Assembly (NCBI GenBank): GCA_019752015.1
Contig: JAIEMQ010000015.1
Coordinates: 140,205-204,204 of the forward strand
DNA: 64,000 nucleotides
Source: Cyanobacteriota bacterium
GTDB lineage: Bacteria; Acidobacteriota; Vicinamibacteria; Vicinamibacterales; UBA2999
Direction: 5' to 3'
Below are positions 52,251 to 62,063 of this stretch, in pieces. The notes below the pieces were generated by a model. That model saw only the letters and a list, made by a program, of their open reading frames with translations, ran no database searches and had not been told where the DNA came from. A program made the position numbers and the translations under genes. How positions within the stretch are numbered: the stretch's first letter is position 1; each line of letters begins with the position of its first letter.

Positions 52251-52892
52251 TCAGTCCCCCATTTTCACCCTGCGCGAGGGAGAAAATGGGGGACGGAGCC
52301 CGGAGATTGATGGATGACCGCTAACTGTTGCGCGCCAAGGGTATTCGGTACCTACCCTAATTCCGATGCGTTTGCTCCACACAATCTCTGGGTGCGCGAT
52401 TCCCCGGTCATGGACGGTCAGCGGACCGCTCTGCAGCGGGCGCTTGTTGTCTTCGAGCGTGATGCCCATCGCGCGGCAAAGATTGCCCGGGCCTCGACAG
52501 AGCTCGTGATCCGGGACCGGCGGCTTCCCTTTTCGCCACTTCGCCTGCGCCCGCCGGCGCCGCATCAACGGCACTCCTTCGAGCGGCTCGAGCGCGCGGA
52601 TCAGGACGGCGGCGGGACTGCCCTCTTCTTCCGTCACCGCATTCATCATGTCGTGCAGGCCGTAATTCAGGTACACGTAGGCGCGGCCAGGCGCGCCGTA
52701 GAGCGGCGCGTTGCGCTCGGTGGGACCCGGCGCCGCATGACAGGCGGGATCGTCTTCCCCGATGTAGGCCTCGACCTCGACGATCGCCCCCGCCGTGACG
52801 CCCGCTTTCGCCTTGTAGACGAGCACTTTGCCGATCAGATCGCGCGCGACATCCAGCGTGGGACGTCGATAGAAATCAACCGGCAGGATCAC
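52251..52892 (-). CDS. mpg: DNA-3-methyladenine glycosylase (Mpg/AAG family)
   Basis: FYRRPTLDVARDLIGKVL, VEVEAYIGEDDPACHA, AYVYLNYGLH. Confidence 0.9.
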   Translation of the reverse strand: MILPVDFYRRPTLDVARDLIGKVLVYKAKAGVTAGAIVEVEAYIGEDDPACHAAPGPTERNAPLYGAPGRAYVYLNYGLHDMMNAVTEEEGSPAAVLIRALEPLEGVPLMRRRRAQAKWRKGKPPVPDHELCRGPGNLCRAMGITLEDNKRPLQSGPLTVHDRGIAHPEIVWSKRIGIRVGTEYPWRATVSGHPSISGLRPPFSPSRRVKMGD

Positions 52893-53725
52893 GGAACGGG
52901 CGATCCGAGCTCGATCAAGTAGCCGCGCGCCTGATCCCGGCGCGATCGATCGCCAAGCGCCTCGCGAATCACGGCGATCGATCCGTCGCGCAGCATCCGC
53001 TCGCGCGCGAACGCGACGGCAAGCGCCGTCGGATCCCTGCCATCCGCCCAGCGATCCCCGATCAACTGACGCACGACCGGCATTGCCGATGCATCGCCAA
53101 TGCGCGCCAATGCTTCGAGCGCGCCGCCGGCGAGCGCGCGCTTGTTGCGATCGCGATAGTAACGATAACGATCGGCCAGCGCCGTGGTGGCGTTCACTTC
53201 GCGGATCAAGCCGAGCGCATCCATCGCCGCCAGCTGTTCGATCTCGCCGTCCTGATTCATCAGCGCAAACAGCACGTCGACCATCGCCGGCGGGACGACG
53301 GGGCGTGGTCCCGCGGGATCAAAGGAGCACGCGAACACGCGCCCGGCCACACGCGCGCCGGCGATTCGCGAGCGGCGATCCTCCACGCTCATCATCGCCA
53401 CGAGCACCTGGCCCGCGGCGGCGAGCTCCTGCGGTGACGCCGCGAGTCCCGATCGCCCGGCGAGGATCCCGAAGGTGTAGGCCGCGGCGATCCGTTCGTT
53501 GCCGGTGGAGCTCGCGAGGATTGCCAACGGCGATGCAAAGGATCCCGGCGTGACCGGTACCGACGGCACCATCAGGGAATCGAACGCAGCATCGAACGCG
53601 CCATCTCTGACGGCGACGCCGTGGCGCTGCAGCAAGTCGGCAAGCGCCGGCTGAGCCGCAGCCGTGGACGCACCAAGGGCGATGAAGGCGAGCAGGACGC
53701 TCGCCGAGCGCGATATCTGAATCAT
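52889..53725 (-). CDS. secreted hypothetical protein (helical-repeat-like)
   Basis: Signal peptide LLAFIALGASTAAAQP. No motif recognised. Confidence 0.5.
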   Translation of the reverse strand: MIQISRSASVLLAFIALGASTAAAQPALADLLQRHGVAVRDGAFDAAFDSLMVPSVPVTPGSFASPLAILASSTGNERIAAAYTFGILAGRSGLAASPQELAAAGQVLVAMMSVEDRRSRIAGARVAGRVFACSFDPAGPRPVVPPAMVDVLFALMNQDGEIEQLAAMDALGLIREVNATTALADRYRYYRDRNKRALAGGALEALARIGDASAMPVVRQLIGDRWADGRDPTALAVAFARERMLRDGSIAVIREALGDRSRRDQARGYLIELGSPVP

Positions 53726-53728
53726 GCG

Positions 53729-56635
53729 TTATCGAGCAACCGTCTGGAGAAGCTTCCCAGACGATAACACTTCTCGAATGTATTTGCCGGTGTGCGACGC
53801 CAGGTTGTGCGCGACCTGCTCCGGCGTGGCCATCGCGAGCACGCGCCCGCCGTCCTCACCGCCTTCAGGACCCAGATCGATGATCCAGTCTGCGACCTTG
53901 ATCACGTCGAGGTTGTGCTCGATGACCACGAGCGTGTGCCCGGCTTCCAGCAACTTCCGGAACGCGGCCAGCAACTTCGCGATGTCGTCGAAGTGCAGAC
54001 CGGTGGTCGGCTCGTCGAGGATATAGAGCAGGCGCTCACCGGCATGCGATGACAGATGCGCCGCGATCTTGATGCGCTGCGCTTCGCCACCCGACAGCGT
54101 CGTCGCCGGCTGACCCAGGCGCAGGTAGCCAAGGCCGATTTCGTCCAGCACCTGCAGCCGCCGCAACACCTTCGGCGTGCTGCCGAAGAAGGTCAATGCT
54201 TCGCGGACCGTCATGTCGAGCACCTGCGTCACGTTCCTGCCGCGATACTTGACCTCGAGGACCTGCTGCTTGAATCGCCGGCCGTCGCACTGCTCGCACG
54301 GCACGAACACGTCGGCGAGGAACTGCATTTCGACGCGCACTTCACCTTCACCCTGGCAGGCTTCGCATCGGCCGCCGGGGACGTTGAACGAGAAGTGGCT
54401 CGCGGTAAGACCCCGCGACTTCGCATCCTTGGTCGCGGCGAACAGCTCGCGGATCGGATCGAACGCCTTGAGATACGTGACTGGATTCGATCGCGGCGTG
54501 CGTCCAATCGGCGTCTGATCGACGAGGACGACGTCGCTGACGAACTCGTGGCCTTCGAGTCGCTGATGCGCGCCGACCTTACGATCCCAATCGCCCTTGG
54601 CGCGCTTCAACGCGGCATAGAGCACGTCGTGCACCAACGTGGACTTGCCCGATCCGCTCACGCCGGTCACACACGTCAGCGTGTTGAGCGGGACTTCGAT
54701 GTCGACGCCCTTGAGATTGTGCTCGGTCGCGCCAAACAACTTGATGCGCTGCGGCGTGCCCTTGCGCCGTTGCGGCGGCACCGGGATGCTGAGCTCGCCG
54801 CGCAGATATTTCGCCGTCAACGATCGCGGCTCGCTGGTCAATCCCTGCAGCGACCCCGAGTAAACCACGCGCCCGCCGTGCTCGCCCGCGCCAAGCCCCA
54901 TGTCGACGAGATGATCCGCGACGGCGATCATGTCGGCGTCGTGCTCGACGACGATCACGGTGTTGCCCTGATCGCGAAGCTGTCGAAGGATCGCGATCAA
55001 TCGCTGGTTGTCGCGCGTGTGCAGGCCGATCGACGGCTCGTCGAGGACATACAAGGTACCGACCAGCGCCGAACCGAGCGACGTCGCGAGGTTGATGCGC
55101 TGCGCTTCCCCGCCCGACAACGTCGACGACAGGCGATCGAGCGTCAGGTAGTCAAGGCCGACGTCGCGGAGGAATCCAAGGCGGCGCTGAATTTCCTTCA
55201 GCACCTTGTCGGCGATCGCGGCTTCCTTTTCGGTCAGCTTCAGATCGGCGAAGAAGCGCTCCGCTTCGCGCACCGTCCGCGCCGATGCCTTGTCGATGGT
55301 CACGCCGCCGACATGGACATCGCGGGCCTCGCGCCGCAGCCGCGTGCCGCCGCAATCGGGACAGGTCAGGTAGCCGCGGTAACGGCTCAGGAACACGCGG
55401 ACGTGCACCTTGTACTTCTTCCGCTCGAGCCAGCGGAAGAAGCCGCGCACGCCCTCGAAATCATCGCCGTCGCCGTCCATGACGAACGCGATTTCCTTGT
55501 CGGTCAGATCGCGCCACGCCACATCCAGGCGCACGCCGCCATCCCTGGCGGCGCGCTTCAGCTCGGCGAGATGCGATCGGTAGTGCGGCTTGGTCCACGG
55601 CTCGATCGCGCCCTGGTTGATCGATTTCTGCTGATCGGGCACGACCAGCTCCTGATCGAGCTCGATGATGTTGCCGAAACCGTGGCAGGTCGGGCACGCG
55701 CCGAAGGGGTTGTTGAACGAAAACAGGCGCGGCTGCGGATCCTCGTACGGAATGCCGCAGGTCCGGCACTCGAAACGCTCCGAGAACAAGTGCTGGATCG
55801 GCTCGCCGCTCTCCTGCAGTTGCAGGGCCCAGGCCGCGCCGCCGCCTTCCGAGTAGGCGGTCTCAACAGAGTCCGTGATGCGCGTGCGCGCGTCCGCCGC
55901 GACCTTGATGCGGTCGACGACGACGCGCAGCGTGGTCATTTTCTTGAGGGCTTTCGGATCGACCTCTTCAAGCGTGATGGCCTGATCGCCGATCAAGAGA
56001 CGGCCAAAACCCTTGCGCCGGAGGTTTGCCAGGGCCACAGATGGCGCAGATTCATTAGCCAGGGCCGCAGAAGGCACAGAAGGCTCAGAATCAAGATCGA
56101 GGTTCTCGCCCTCCTCCGCGCCTTTCGAACCGTCTTCGGAGATCGCCATCACCGGCAGATCAAAGCCAAGCATCAGCCGCGTGCCCTCGGGCAGCGCGAG
56201 CAGGCGGTTCGCCACCACTTCGGCGGTCTCGCGGATCACTTCCTGTCCGCACTTGCGGCAGATCGTGCGGCCGACGCGCGCGTACAGCAGCCGCATGTAG
56301 TCGTGAATCTCGGTGACCGTGCCGACCGTGGAGCGCGGGTTCCTGACGGAATTTTTCTGGCGGATCGCGATCGACGGGCAAATGCCGTCGATGCGATCGA
56401 CGTCGGGCTTCTCCATCCGCTCGAGGAACTGGCGCGCGTACGCCGACAGCGACTCGACGTAGCGGCGCTGTCCTTCGGCGTAAATGGTGTCGAACGCGAG
56501 TGAGGATTTCCCGGATCCGCTGACGCCTGTAAAAACAATCAGCTGTCCGGCTGGCAGCGTGAGGTCGACGTTCTTCAGGTTGTGGGTGCGGGCACCACGA
56601 ATGACGAGAGCCGAATGACCGGTTTCCGGCGGCAT
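53729..56635 (-). CDS. uvrA: excinuclease ABC subunit A
   Basis: Two ABC modules (GVSGSGKSS, LSGGEAQR x2), 968 aa. Repeat-derived insert near residue 185. Confidence 0.96.
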   Translation of the reverse strand: MPPETGHSALVIRGARTHNLKNVDLTLPAGQLIVFTGVSGSGKSSLAFDTIYAEGQRRYVESLSAYARQFLERMEKPDVDRIDGICPSIAIRQKNSVRNPRSTVGTVTEIHDYMRLLYARVGRTICRKCGQEVIRETAEVVANRLLALPEGTRLMLGFDLPVMAISEDGSKGAEEGENLDLDSEPSVPSAALANESAPSVALANLRRKGFGRLLIGDQAITLEEVDPKALKKMTTLRVVVDRIKVAADARTRITDSVETAYSEGGGAAWALQLQESGEPIQHLFSERFECRTCGIPYEDPQPRLFSFNNPFGACPTCHGFGNIIELDQELVVPDQQKSINQGAIEPWTKPHYRSHLAELKRAARDGGVRLDVAWRDLTDKEIAFVMDGDGDDFEGVRGFFRWLERKKYKVHVRVFLSRYRGYLTCPDCGGTRLRREARDVHVGGVTIDKASARTVREAERFFADLKLTEKEAAIADKVLKEIQRRLGFLRDVGLDYLTLDRLSSTLSGGEAQRINLATSLGSALVGTLYVLDEPSIGLHTRDNQRLIAILRQLRDQGNTVIVVEHDADMIAVADHLVDMGLGAGEHGGRVVYSGSLQGLTSEPRSLTAKYLRGELSIPVPPQRRKGTPQRIKLFGATEHNLKGVDIEVPLNTLTCVTGVSGSGKSTLVHDVLYAALKRAKGDWDRKVGAHQRLEGHEFVSDVVLVDQTPIGRTPRSNPVTYLKAFDPIRELFAATKDAKSRGLTASHFSFNVPGGRCEACQGEGEVRVEMQFLADVFVPCEQCDGRRFKQQVLEVKYRGRNVTQVLDMTVREALTFFGSTPKVLRRLQVLDEIGLGYLRLGQPATTLSGGEAQRIKIAAHLSSHAGERLLYILDEPTTGLHFDDIAKLLAAFRKLLEAGHTLVVIEHNLDVIKVADWIIDLGPEGGEDGGRVLAMATPEQVAHNLASHTGKYIREVLSSGKLLQTVAR
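56028..56087. repeat. 30-nt tandem duplication inside uvrA containing CAGAAGGCA-type units
   Basis: gccagggccacagatggcgcagattcatta / gccagggccgcagaaggcacagaaggctca. 56059..56081 is identical to 13877..13899 upstream of gdh. Confidence 0.85.
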
Positions 56636-56738
56636 GATTCAGGATGAAGGTATACAGGCGCGAATTTCTGTCGCGCCCGTAACCTTCGATGTTACTCCTT
56701 TGCCGCTCTGATCTTCAAATCAACGTGCGATTACATTT

Positions 56739-58370
56739 CTATCGCGCGTCGGTCGTTGGCGCCGTAAACGGCTTGCCCTTCCAGAAACTGTTGAGGGTGG
56801 CCAGGCGTTGGGCGGACTTGATCTTGTTGCCGGCCGCCGCGTGGGCGGCAATCGCGCCCATCAACGAGCGCGCGCGATTCGGCATCCGCAACAGGCTGAC
56901 CTCGAAGGCATCGGCAGCTTCCTTCGCTTTGCCGGCCTTGAGCAGCACCTCGCCAAGCAATTCGTGTGACGGCTTGATCGGATCGGCGGCGCCGTTCGGC
57001 GCGCGCATCGTCTCTTCGAGGGCCGCGGCATCCTGCAGCAGCTTGATCGCCTGGTCGGTCTGGCCCTTCGCCTGCGCGATCAACGCGGCAAGCTCCATGT
57101 GCATCACGCGAACACCTTTGCCCGCGTCGGAGTTTCCACCGGCCGCGGGCTGCGCAGCCGGAGCGGGCGCAGCGCCGTGCTCGGCGTGCGGATTTGCCGG
57201 TGCGGGCGCGCCGCCTGGCGCTGCCTTGGCCTTCGCGGCCAGCATCTCTTCCATCTTCGTGGCTGTCGCCATGTCGCCGGTCTTCACCGCGCTGAATCCG
57301 TTGGCCAGGATCGTCTCGTTGGACGCGCCCTCGGCCACCGGCTGCACCTTCCACTCTTCCGTCTCGATGATGTAGCGGGCGCGGACCAGCGCGAGAGCGC
57401 CCGTGGCGCGCGCGTTCTTCGTCGTCTCCGCCATCCACTCGAACGCCTGGATGCGCTCGCGCGCGCCGGCGTAGTCACCGAGCTGCAGGAACCCGTACTG
57501 GCCCCAGTCGCCGGAGTGCGACATGTCGCCGGGCACGTCGCCGGGACGCCACAGCTCCTTGCCGACGTTGTAGGCGCGGATGTTCTGGTTGGCGACCTCG
57601 TTCCACATCCCGTGCTGGATGAAGATGTGCGTCGGCATGTGGACCGCGTGCGACACTGCCGGGACGATCTTCGCGTAGACCTTTGCGGCCTCGAGCGCGA
57701 GCGGCGCGTGGATCGGATCGTCGAAGGCGTGGATGATGTAGTGCACCGCGCCCGGATGATTCGAATTGCGCTTGAAGACATCCATCGCCAGCGCGGCGGC
57801 CTTGACGTTCAGGCGCGACGTGCGATCGTCCACGGCGGCCGAGGCGCTCAGGATCGACAGCGCATAAAACGTCGTCACTTCATCGTCGTTCGGGAACTGG
57901 TTGTGGAGCCGCTCCATGGCGGCCATGTAATTGAGACGGCGCTGTCGCGAGTCGCCCTCGCCCCAGAGCTCTTCGACCGCGTTCACAAAGCCCTTCTCGC
58001 GATCGGTCGGCGCCTTGGCGGCGCGCGCGGCGCGATCCGGCCCCAGCCGCGCGAGCACCTTGCGCGGCTCGGTGAAGTCCATCTGCGAGTTGAGCGGATG
58101 ATTGTAGGCGAGCGACTCGCCCCAGTAGGCCATCGCGAAATTCGGCTGGGCCTTCTGCGCGAGCTGGAATTCCTCGATCGCCTGCTTCCATCCAAAGCTG
58201 TGCAGGATGGCGACGCCGCGCAGGAAGTGGCGCTGCGCTTCAGCGGATCCGGATGTGGGGAATGACAGCTGGCCGACGTTTTCGAGCTGGGCAAAGGCGG
58301 GCGTAGCAAGCGAGAGCGCAAAGACCGCGCAGGCAAGGAGTCGACAACACATACGGACCTCCGGGGTCAT
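56739..58370 (-). CDS. secreted tetratricopeptide-repeat protein
   Basis: Signal peptide plus TPR-like helical repeats at the N- and C-termini. Confidence 0.65.
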   Translation of the reverse strand: MTPEVRMCCRLLACAVFALSLATPAFAQLENVGQLSFPTSGSAEAQRHFLRGVAILHSFGWKQAIEEFQLAQKAQPNFAMAYWGESLAYNHPLNSQMDFTEPRKVLARLGPDRAARAAKAPTDREKGFVNAVEELWGEGDSRQRRLNYMAAMERLHNQFPNDDEVTTFYALSILSASAAVDDRTSRLNVKAAALAMDVFKRNSNHPGAVHYIIHAFDDPIHAPLALEAAKVYAKIVPAVSHAVHMPTHIFIQHGMWNEVANQNIRAYNVGKELWRPGDVPGDMSHSGDWGQYGFLQLGDYAGARERIQAFEWMAETTKNARATGALALVRARYIIETEEWKVQPVAEGASNETILANGFSAVKTGDMATATKMEEMLAAKAKAAPGGAPAPANPHAEHGAAPAPAAQPAAGGNSDAGKGVRVMHMELAALIAQAKGQTDQAIKLLQDAAALEETMRAPNGAADPIKPSHELLGEVLLKAGKAKEAADAFEVSLLRMPNRARSLMGAIAAHAAAGNKIKSAQRLATLNSFWKGKPFTAPTTDAR

Positions 58371-58383
58371 TCTACTGGTATCT

Positions 58384-58433
58384 GGTGCCTGGGTGCCTGG
58401 GTGCCGGGGTGCCGGGGTGCCGGGGTGCCGGGG
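58384..58433. repeat. GGTGCCKG octamer x6
   Basis: ggtgcctg ggtgcctg ggtgccgg ggtgccgg ggtgccgg ggtgccgg gg. Ends at the stop of 58434..59549. Confidence 0.9.
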
Positions 58434-59549
58434 TTACTTCTTGTAGGTCAACGATAAGACCGCATACGCCGTGGCCGCATCGCTCATGAACTTACCGGTG
58501 TCCGATTGCTGATCGCGTTCCTTGTTCGGCGAGATCGCCGACCACTTCCCTGTTGAGCGATCCTGGTTGCGGCGCAGCCAGTCGAGTCCCTTCGTAAGAC
58601 GCGCGTCTGCGGCCGGCACGCCGACGGATTGTAACGCCAGCGTGGCAAGCGCCGTGGCGTATCCGTCGGTGCGCATGTCACTCGTGGTGTTGTCCATGCG
58701 CTTGTACGAACCGAGCGCCGTGGTGTTCCAACCGCCGTCGGGTTGTTGCGCGGCAAACGCCGCGTCGATCGTGGACTGACGCTGTTGCGGTGTCAGCAGA
58801 TCCGGCACTCGGCTCGAGGCCCACAGGCCCATCAGCTGATTCAGCAGCGAGACGTTGGCGTGTTGCTTCTGGAAATATCCTTTCAGCAATTTCACTCGAT
58901 CGGCGATCTCGGCGGACGCACCATAGCCTTCCGGCGCGGACCCAATCGCGAGCGCCGCCAGCGATGCGCCGAAGTACGGCGAGTTCGGCGACTCCGACGG
59001 ATCCATCTTGAAGTTGAGCCACGTCCAGGCGCCGGCTTCTGGGCCGGTCTTCATCTGCAGGCCCCACATCACCCCGAGGGCGGTGCGCGTGTCGTCACTC
59101 AACTTGCCTGCGGCCGCATCGCGACGACTGAGGACGACGGCGTTCATCACCGCCTCGATCGCGCGTGACTCGCTGGTCTTTGGAATGCCGCGCGTTTGAT
59201 CGGGATACCAGGGTTCAACGTCGCGCCAGGCGCGCGCACGCGTCAACAGATTGCCGACGATCTTCTCTTCAGCGGGAGATGGCGCCCGCTCGTTGAGCAG
59301 GCCGCGAAGCTCGGGCCGCGCGAGTGCGTATGGCAGCGTCGTGTGGCACGACATGCAATACGTTCCACGATCGCGCGCCGCGCTCGGCCACGTCGTCCAC
59401 CACTCGGCGCGGCTATCGAGATAGGCCGCGGCGGCCTTCGGATCCCACCCCGAACCATCAACGGCGCGAGCCTGAAGCTGCGTCGCAATGGATACAGCAG
59501 CACCGATTGCGAGTCCGATCGGCAAGATGATCCGAAGCGCTATCTTCAT
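58434..59549 (-). CDS. secreted protein with a CxxCH motif and prenyltransferase/squalene-cyclase-like QW repeats
   Basis: Signal peptide, YCMSCHT, QW-like QQPDGGWN, RNQDRSTGKWS, GPEAGAWTW. Confidence 0.6.
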   Translation of the reverse strand: MKIALRIILPIGLAIGAAVSIATQLQARAVDGSGWDPKAAAAYLDSRAEWWTTWPSAARDRGTYCMSCHTTLPYALARPELRGLLNERAPSPAEEKIVGNLLTRARAWRDVEPWYPDQTRGIPKTSESRAIEAVMNAVVLSRRDAAAGKLSDDTRTALGVMWGLQMKTGPEAGAWTWLNFKMDPSESPNSPYFGASLAALAIGSAPEGYGASAEIADRVKLLKGYFQKQHANVSLLNQLMGLWASSRVPDLLTPQQRQSTIDAAFAAQQPDGGWNTTALGSYKRMDNTTSDMRTDGYATALATLALQSVGVPAADARLTKGLDWLRRNQDRSTGKWSAISPNKERDQQSDTGKFMSDAATAYAVLSLTYKK

Positions 59550-59588
59550 GGTGACCTCTCGATAGCGGCAATTATAGGCGGCGCGCGA

Positions 59589-59915
59589 CTAGCGAGCGGT
59601 TCGTTTCGTGCCTTCGGTCTTGGGCCGTTTGCTCGTGGCTTTCGCCACGCGGGCTCTCTTCGGGGCCTCCGTGGCTTCATCGTCCGGCGCGCCGACCACG
59701 ACAAAATCCGCGGTCTCCCACGTGAACGGCGGCGCCTTACGGCGATCCTTAGAGCGGCGCTCAGCGGGAGCGGATTCGGTTGAGGCCCTGCGATCGGCTG
59801 CGCGGCGATCCCAGGAGACCACCACGGGCAAATCGGCGGTTTTGCGGCTCAGAGCCTCGAATCGGCGCGTCGCACCGCGACGCACGATTATTGCGACTGG
59901 TTTCTTCTTCGCCAC
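59589..59915 (-). CDS. small basic hypothetical protein (DRR/ERR-rich)
   Basis: 108-aa ORF. No motif recognised. Confidence 0.45.
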   Translation of the reverse strand: MAKKKPVAIIVRRGATRRFEALSRKTADLPVVVSWDRRAADRRASTESAPAERRSKDRRKAPPFTWETADFVVVGAPDDEATEAPKRARVAKATSKRPKTEGTKRTAR

Positions 59916-59994
59916 GCACGGTGTCTATCGGTCGATCGCTGAGCAGCCTTGATAAGAACGCGACCACCGCGACACTGTTTTGCCAGGAATATTT

Positions 59995-60046
59995 TGGAGC
60001 CGGCAATCGGACTTGAACCGATGACCTGCTGATTACGAATCAGCTT
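59995..60046 (-). tRNA. tRNA-Thr(CGU) 3' portion only (anticodon arm, variable loop, T-arm, acceptor 3' strand, CCA); probable att repeat
   Basis: Minus strand reads GCTGA-TTCGTAA-TCAGC AGGTC ATCGG-TTCAAGT-CCGAT TGCCGGC T CCA. The upstream sequence has no D-arm or matching acceptor 5' strand. Confidence 0.65.
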
Positions 60047-60235
60047 GGGCGGGAAATCGGCAGTGATCGCGCGTCCTCGTGTGTGCGCGTTTCCTCGGGA
60101 TTTCGTGACTTGCGTGATCTTGCAGATCCGCGCGGCTTCTCCCGTCCGTCCACTATCCGTCCACCGATTTCGGTCGCGCTGCGCGATCTCAGCCGTTCCC
60201 AATGAGAGTGTTTCACGCCGGACCGTGGTCTAGTC

Positions 60236-60263
60236 GTCAAGTTTTTTTGCTGTAAAACTTGAC
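60236..60263. promoter_or_regulatory. perfect 10-bp inverted repeat upstream of abiEi (candidate operator)
   Basis: gtcaagtttt-tttgctgt-aaaacttgac, 32 nt upstream of the ATG. Followed by the partial repeat aacttga. TTGACA lies within the right arm. Confidence 0.45.
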
Positions 60264-60294
60264 AACTTGAGCCGATGCCCGGCACAGTGGAGTC

Positions 60295-61044
60295 ATGGGA
60301 AAGGGCAGCAAATCGCCACCGTCGCGGCAAACCGCGAAACTGATCCGCGACCGCATCGAACGGGGCGGCGAGCGCATCTGGCGCTTCGATGATTTCCCCG
60401 GTGTCCCGATGTCGGCGGCGGCGCAGGCGCTGTCGCGCCTCGCGCGGGAGGGCCAACTGCAGCGTCTGAGCAAGGGCGTGTATTACCACGCCCGGGAGAC
60501 AGCGCTCGGCAAGAGCCGGCCGAACCCCGTCGCGATCAGCACGCTCGCCGCTCGCCGCAGGACCGTCTTCCCAGCGGGCGTCGCCGCCGCGAACCTCCTT
60601 GGCTTCACGACACAGGCGGCGGGCCGCAGCGAGGTCGCGACAAGCGCGCTCAGCCTCCCGCGGAAACTGGTCGGGGCCGACACGCTGATCCACACGCGGC
60701 GGCCGGAAGCGTGGCGCGCCCTCTCCGACGCGGACGCTGCGCTGCTCGATTTCCTGCGGCGGGGCGGCAGGACGAGCGAACTTGGTCCCGACGAGACGAT
60801 CCGGCGTCTGGAAGCGCTCCTGCGGAAGCCGGGCCGTTTTGAGCGTCTGCTCAAGGTCGCCGATACGGAGCCGCCGCGCGTGCGGGCGATGCTCGGCGCG
60901 CTCGGCGACGCGCTCGGCAAGAACCCGCGCGCGCTCAAGCGGCTCAGGGACTCCTTGAATCCGCTGTCGCGTTTTGATTTTGGCGCCCTGTCGGCGTTGC
61001 CCGGCGCCAGTCGCTGGCAGGCGAAGGAGCCACGTCCGGCATGA
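60295..61044 (+). CDS. abiEi: type IV toxin-antitoxin system AbiEi family antitoxin-like protein
   Basis: Called by size, position and the 4-nt overlap with the AbiEii-type gene. Has an N-terminal wHTH-like region (AAQALSRLAREGQLQRLSKGVYY). Confidence 0.7.
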   Translation: MGKGSKSPPSRQTAKLIRDRIERGGERIWRFDDFPGVPMSAAAQALSRLAREGQLQRLSKGVYYHARETALGKSRPNPVAISTLAARRRTVFPAGVAAANLLGFTTQAAGRSEVATSALSLPRKLVGADTLIHTRRPEAWRALSDADAALLDFLRRGGRTSELGPDETIRRLEALLRKPGRFERLLKVADTEPPRVRAMLGALGDALGKNPRALKRLRDSLNPLSRFDFGALSALPGASRWQAKEPRPA

Positions 61045-62003
61045 GGCTCTTCGAGCACCGGGATTTCGAACAGGTGGTGCTGCAAGCGGCGGAGCATTTC
61101 CGCGGTCAGGGCTTGCGCCCGGCGCTGATCGAAAAGGACTACTGCGTCACGGAAGCGCTGCGCATCATCGCAGCGACCGTCGGCGACAAGGTGATTTTCA
61201 AGGGCGGCACGAGCCTGTCGAAGGGCTGGAACCTCATTCAGCGGTTTTCAGAAGACATCGATATCTTTCTCGATCCGCGCGCCTTCGATCCCGTGCTTGC
61301 TAAGCGCGGGATCGATCGCGAGTTGAAGAAGCTTCGCGATTCGGTCGAGCGCCATCCGGCACTGACCTTTCTGAAGGAAGAAAGCCAAACGATCGGCGGC
61401 TTCGGGCGCTCCGACCGCTTCTCCTTCAGGCAGCGTTTCGGCGGGGCTGGTGAGGTCGCGGGACATGTACTCGTGGAGGCCGGAACCGCCAGCGGGCGCG
61501 AGCCGACGGCTGTCGTCGAACTGCGCTCGTACGTGAGTACGTTCCTTCGGGACAGAGGCGTCTCGCTTGGCGCCGAAGACGAAGGCGGCTTCACGATGCG
61601 GTTGCTCCACTTCCGCCGGACGTTCGTCGAGAAGCTCTTCGCCATTCACGGCAAGGTGGAACTGTTCAAGCGCGAGGGGCGCCCGATCGGATCGTATGCG
61701 CGGCATTACTACGATCTCTCCCAGCTCGCCGCGCAGCCGGACGTGATGACAATGCTGCGCTCCGACGAGTACGCAGCCATCAAGGCCGACTACGACGAGA
61801 TCAGCCGGGCGCATTTTGCGCAGAGCTATTTTGCGCCACTAGACATGAGCTTCGCGACGAGCGACGCGCTGTTCCCGGCGGGCGAATTGGTCGCCACGCT
61901 CGGCAGAGAATACGAGACGCAGTGTCGCCAGCTTTGCCTTGGCCCCTATCCGGTGTGGACGGACGTGCAAGCGCGGTTTCGGGAGCTGAAGGAACTTCTC
62001 TGA
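61041..62003 (+). CDS. abiEii: nucleotidyltransferase AbiEii/AbiGii toxin family protein
   Basis: IEKDY, VIFKGGTSLSK, RFSEDIDIF motifs typical of DUF1814/AbiEii. Confidence 0.85.
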   Translation: MRLFEHRDFEQVVLQAAEHFRGQGLRPALIEKDYCVTEALRIIAATVGDKVIFKGGTSLSKGWNLIQRFSEDIDIFLDPRAFDPVLAKRGIDRELKKLRDSVERHPALTFLKEESQTIGGFGRSDRFSFRQRFGGAGEVAGHVLVEAGTASGREPTAVVELRSYVSTFLRDRGVSLGAEDEGGFTMRLLHFRRTFVEKLFAIHGKVELFKREGRPIGSYARHYYDLSQLAAQPDVMTMLRSDEYAAIKADYDEISRAHFAQSYFAPLDMSFATSDALFPAGELVATLGREYETQCRQLCLGPYPVWTDVQARFRELKELL

Positions 62004-62063
62004 AAGGAACACGAGCAGCCTAAAGTTCTTGGCCTGCGTCCACGATAGACGGAGCGGATATCG

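Noticed and set aside
54056-56503. 815-aa ORF antisense to uvrA. Similar long antisense ORFs: 1083..2081, 5359..6270, 12503..13828, 13848..14897, 31019..32749, 50721..51776, 36798..37805, 21918..23153.
   Set aside because: These are shadow ORFs typical of high-GC DNA. Each lies opposite a gene with clear family motifs, and their translations are Arg/Ala/Gly/Asp-rich with no recognisable motifs.
59995-60075. Complete tRNA gene
   Set aside because: Only the 3' about 50 nt fold as tRNA. The upstream sequence (gccgatttcccgcccaa) cannot form a D-arm or pair with the acceptor 3' strand, and the total would be about 67 nt.
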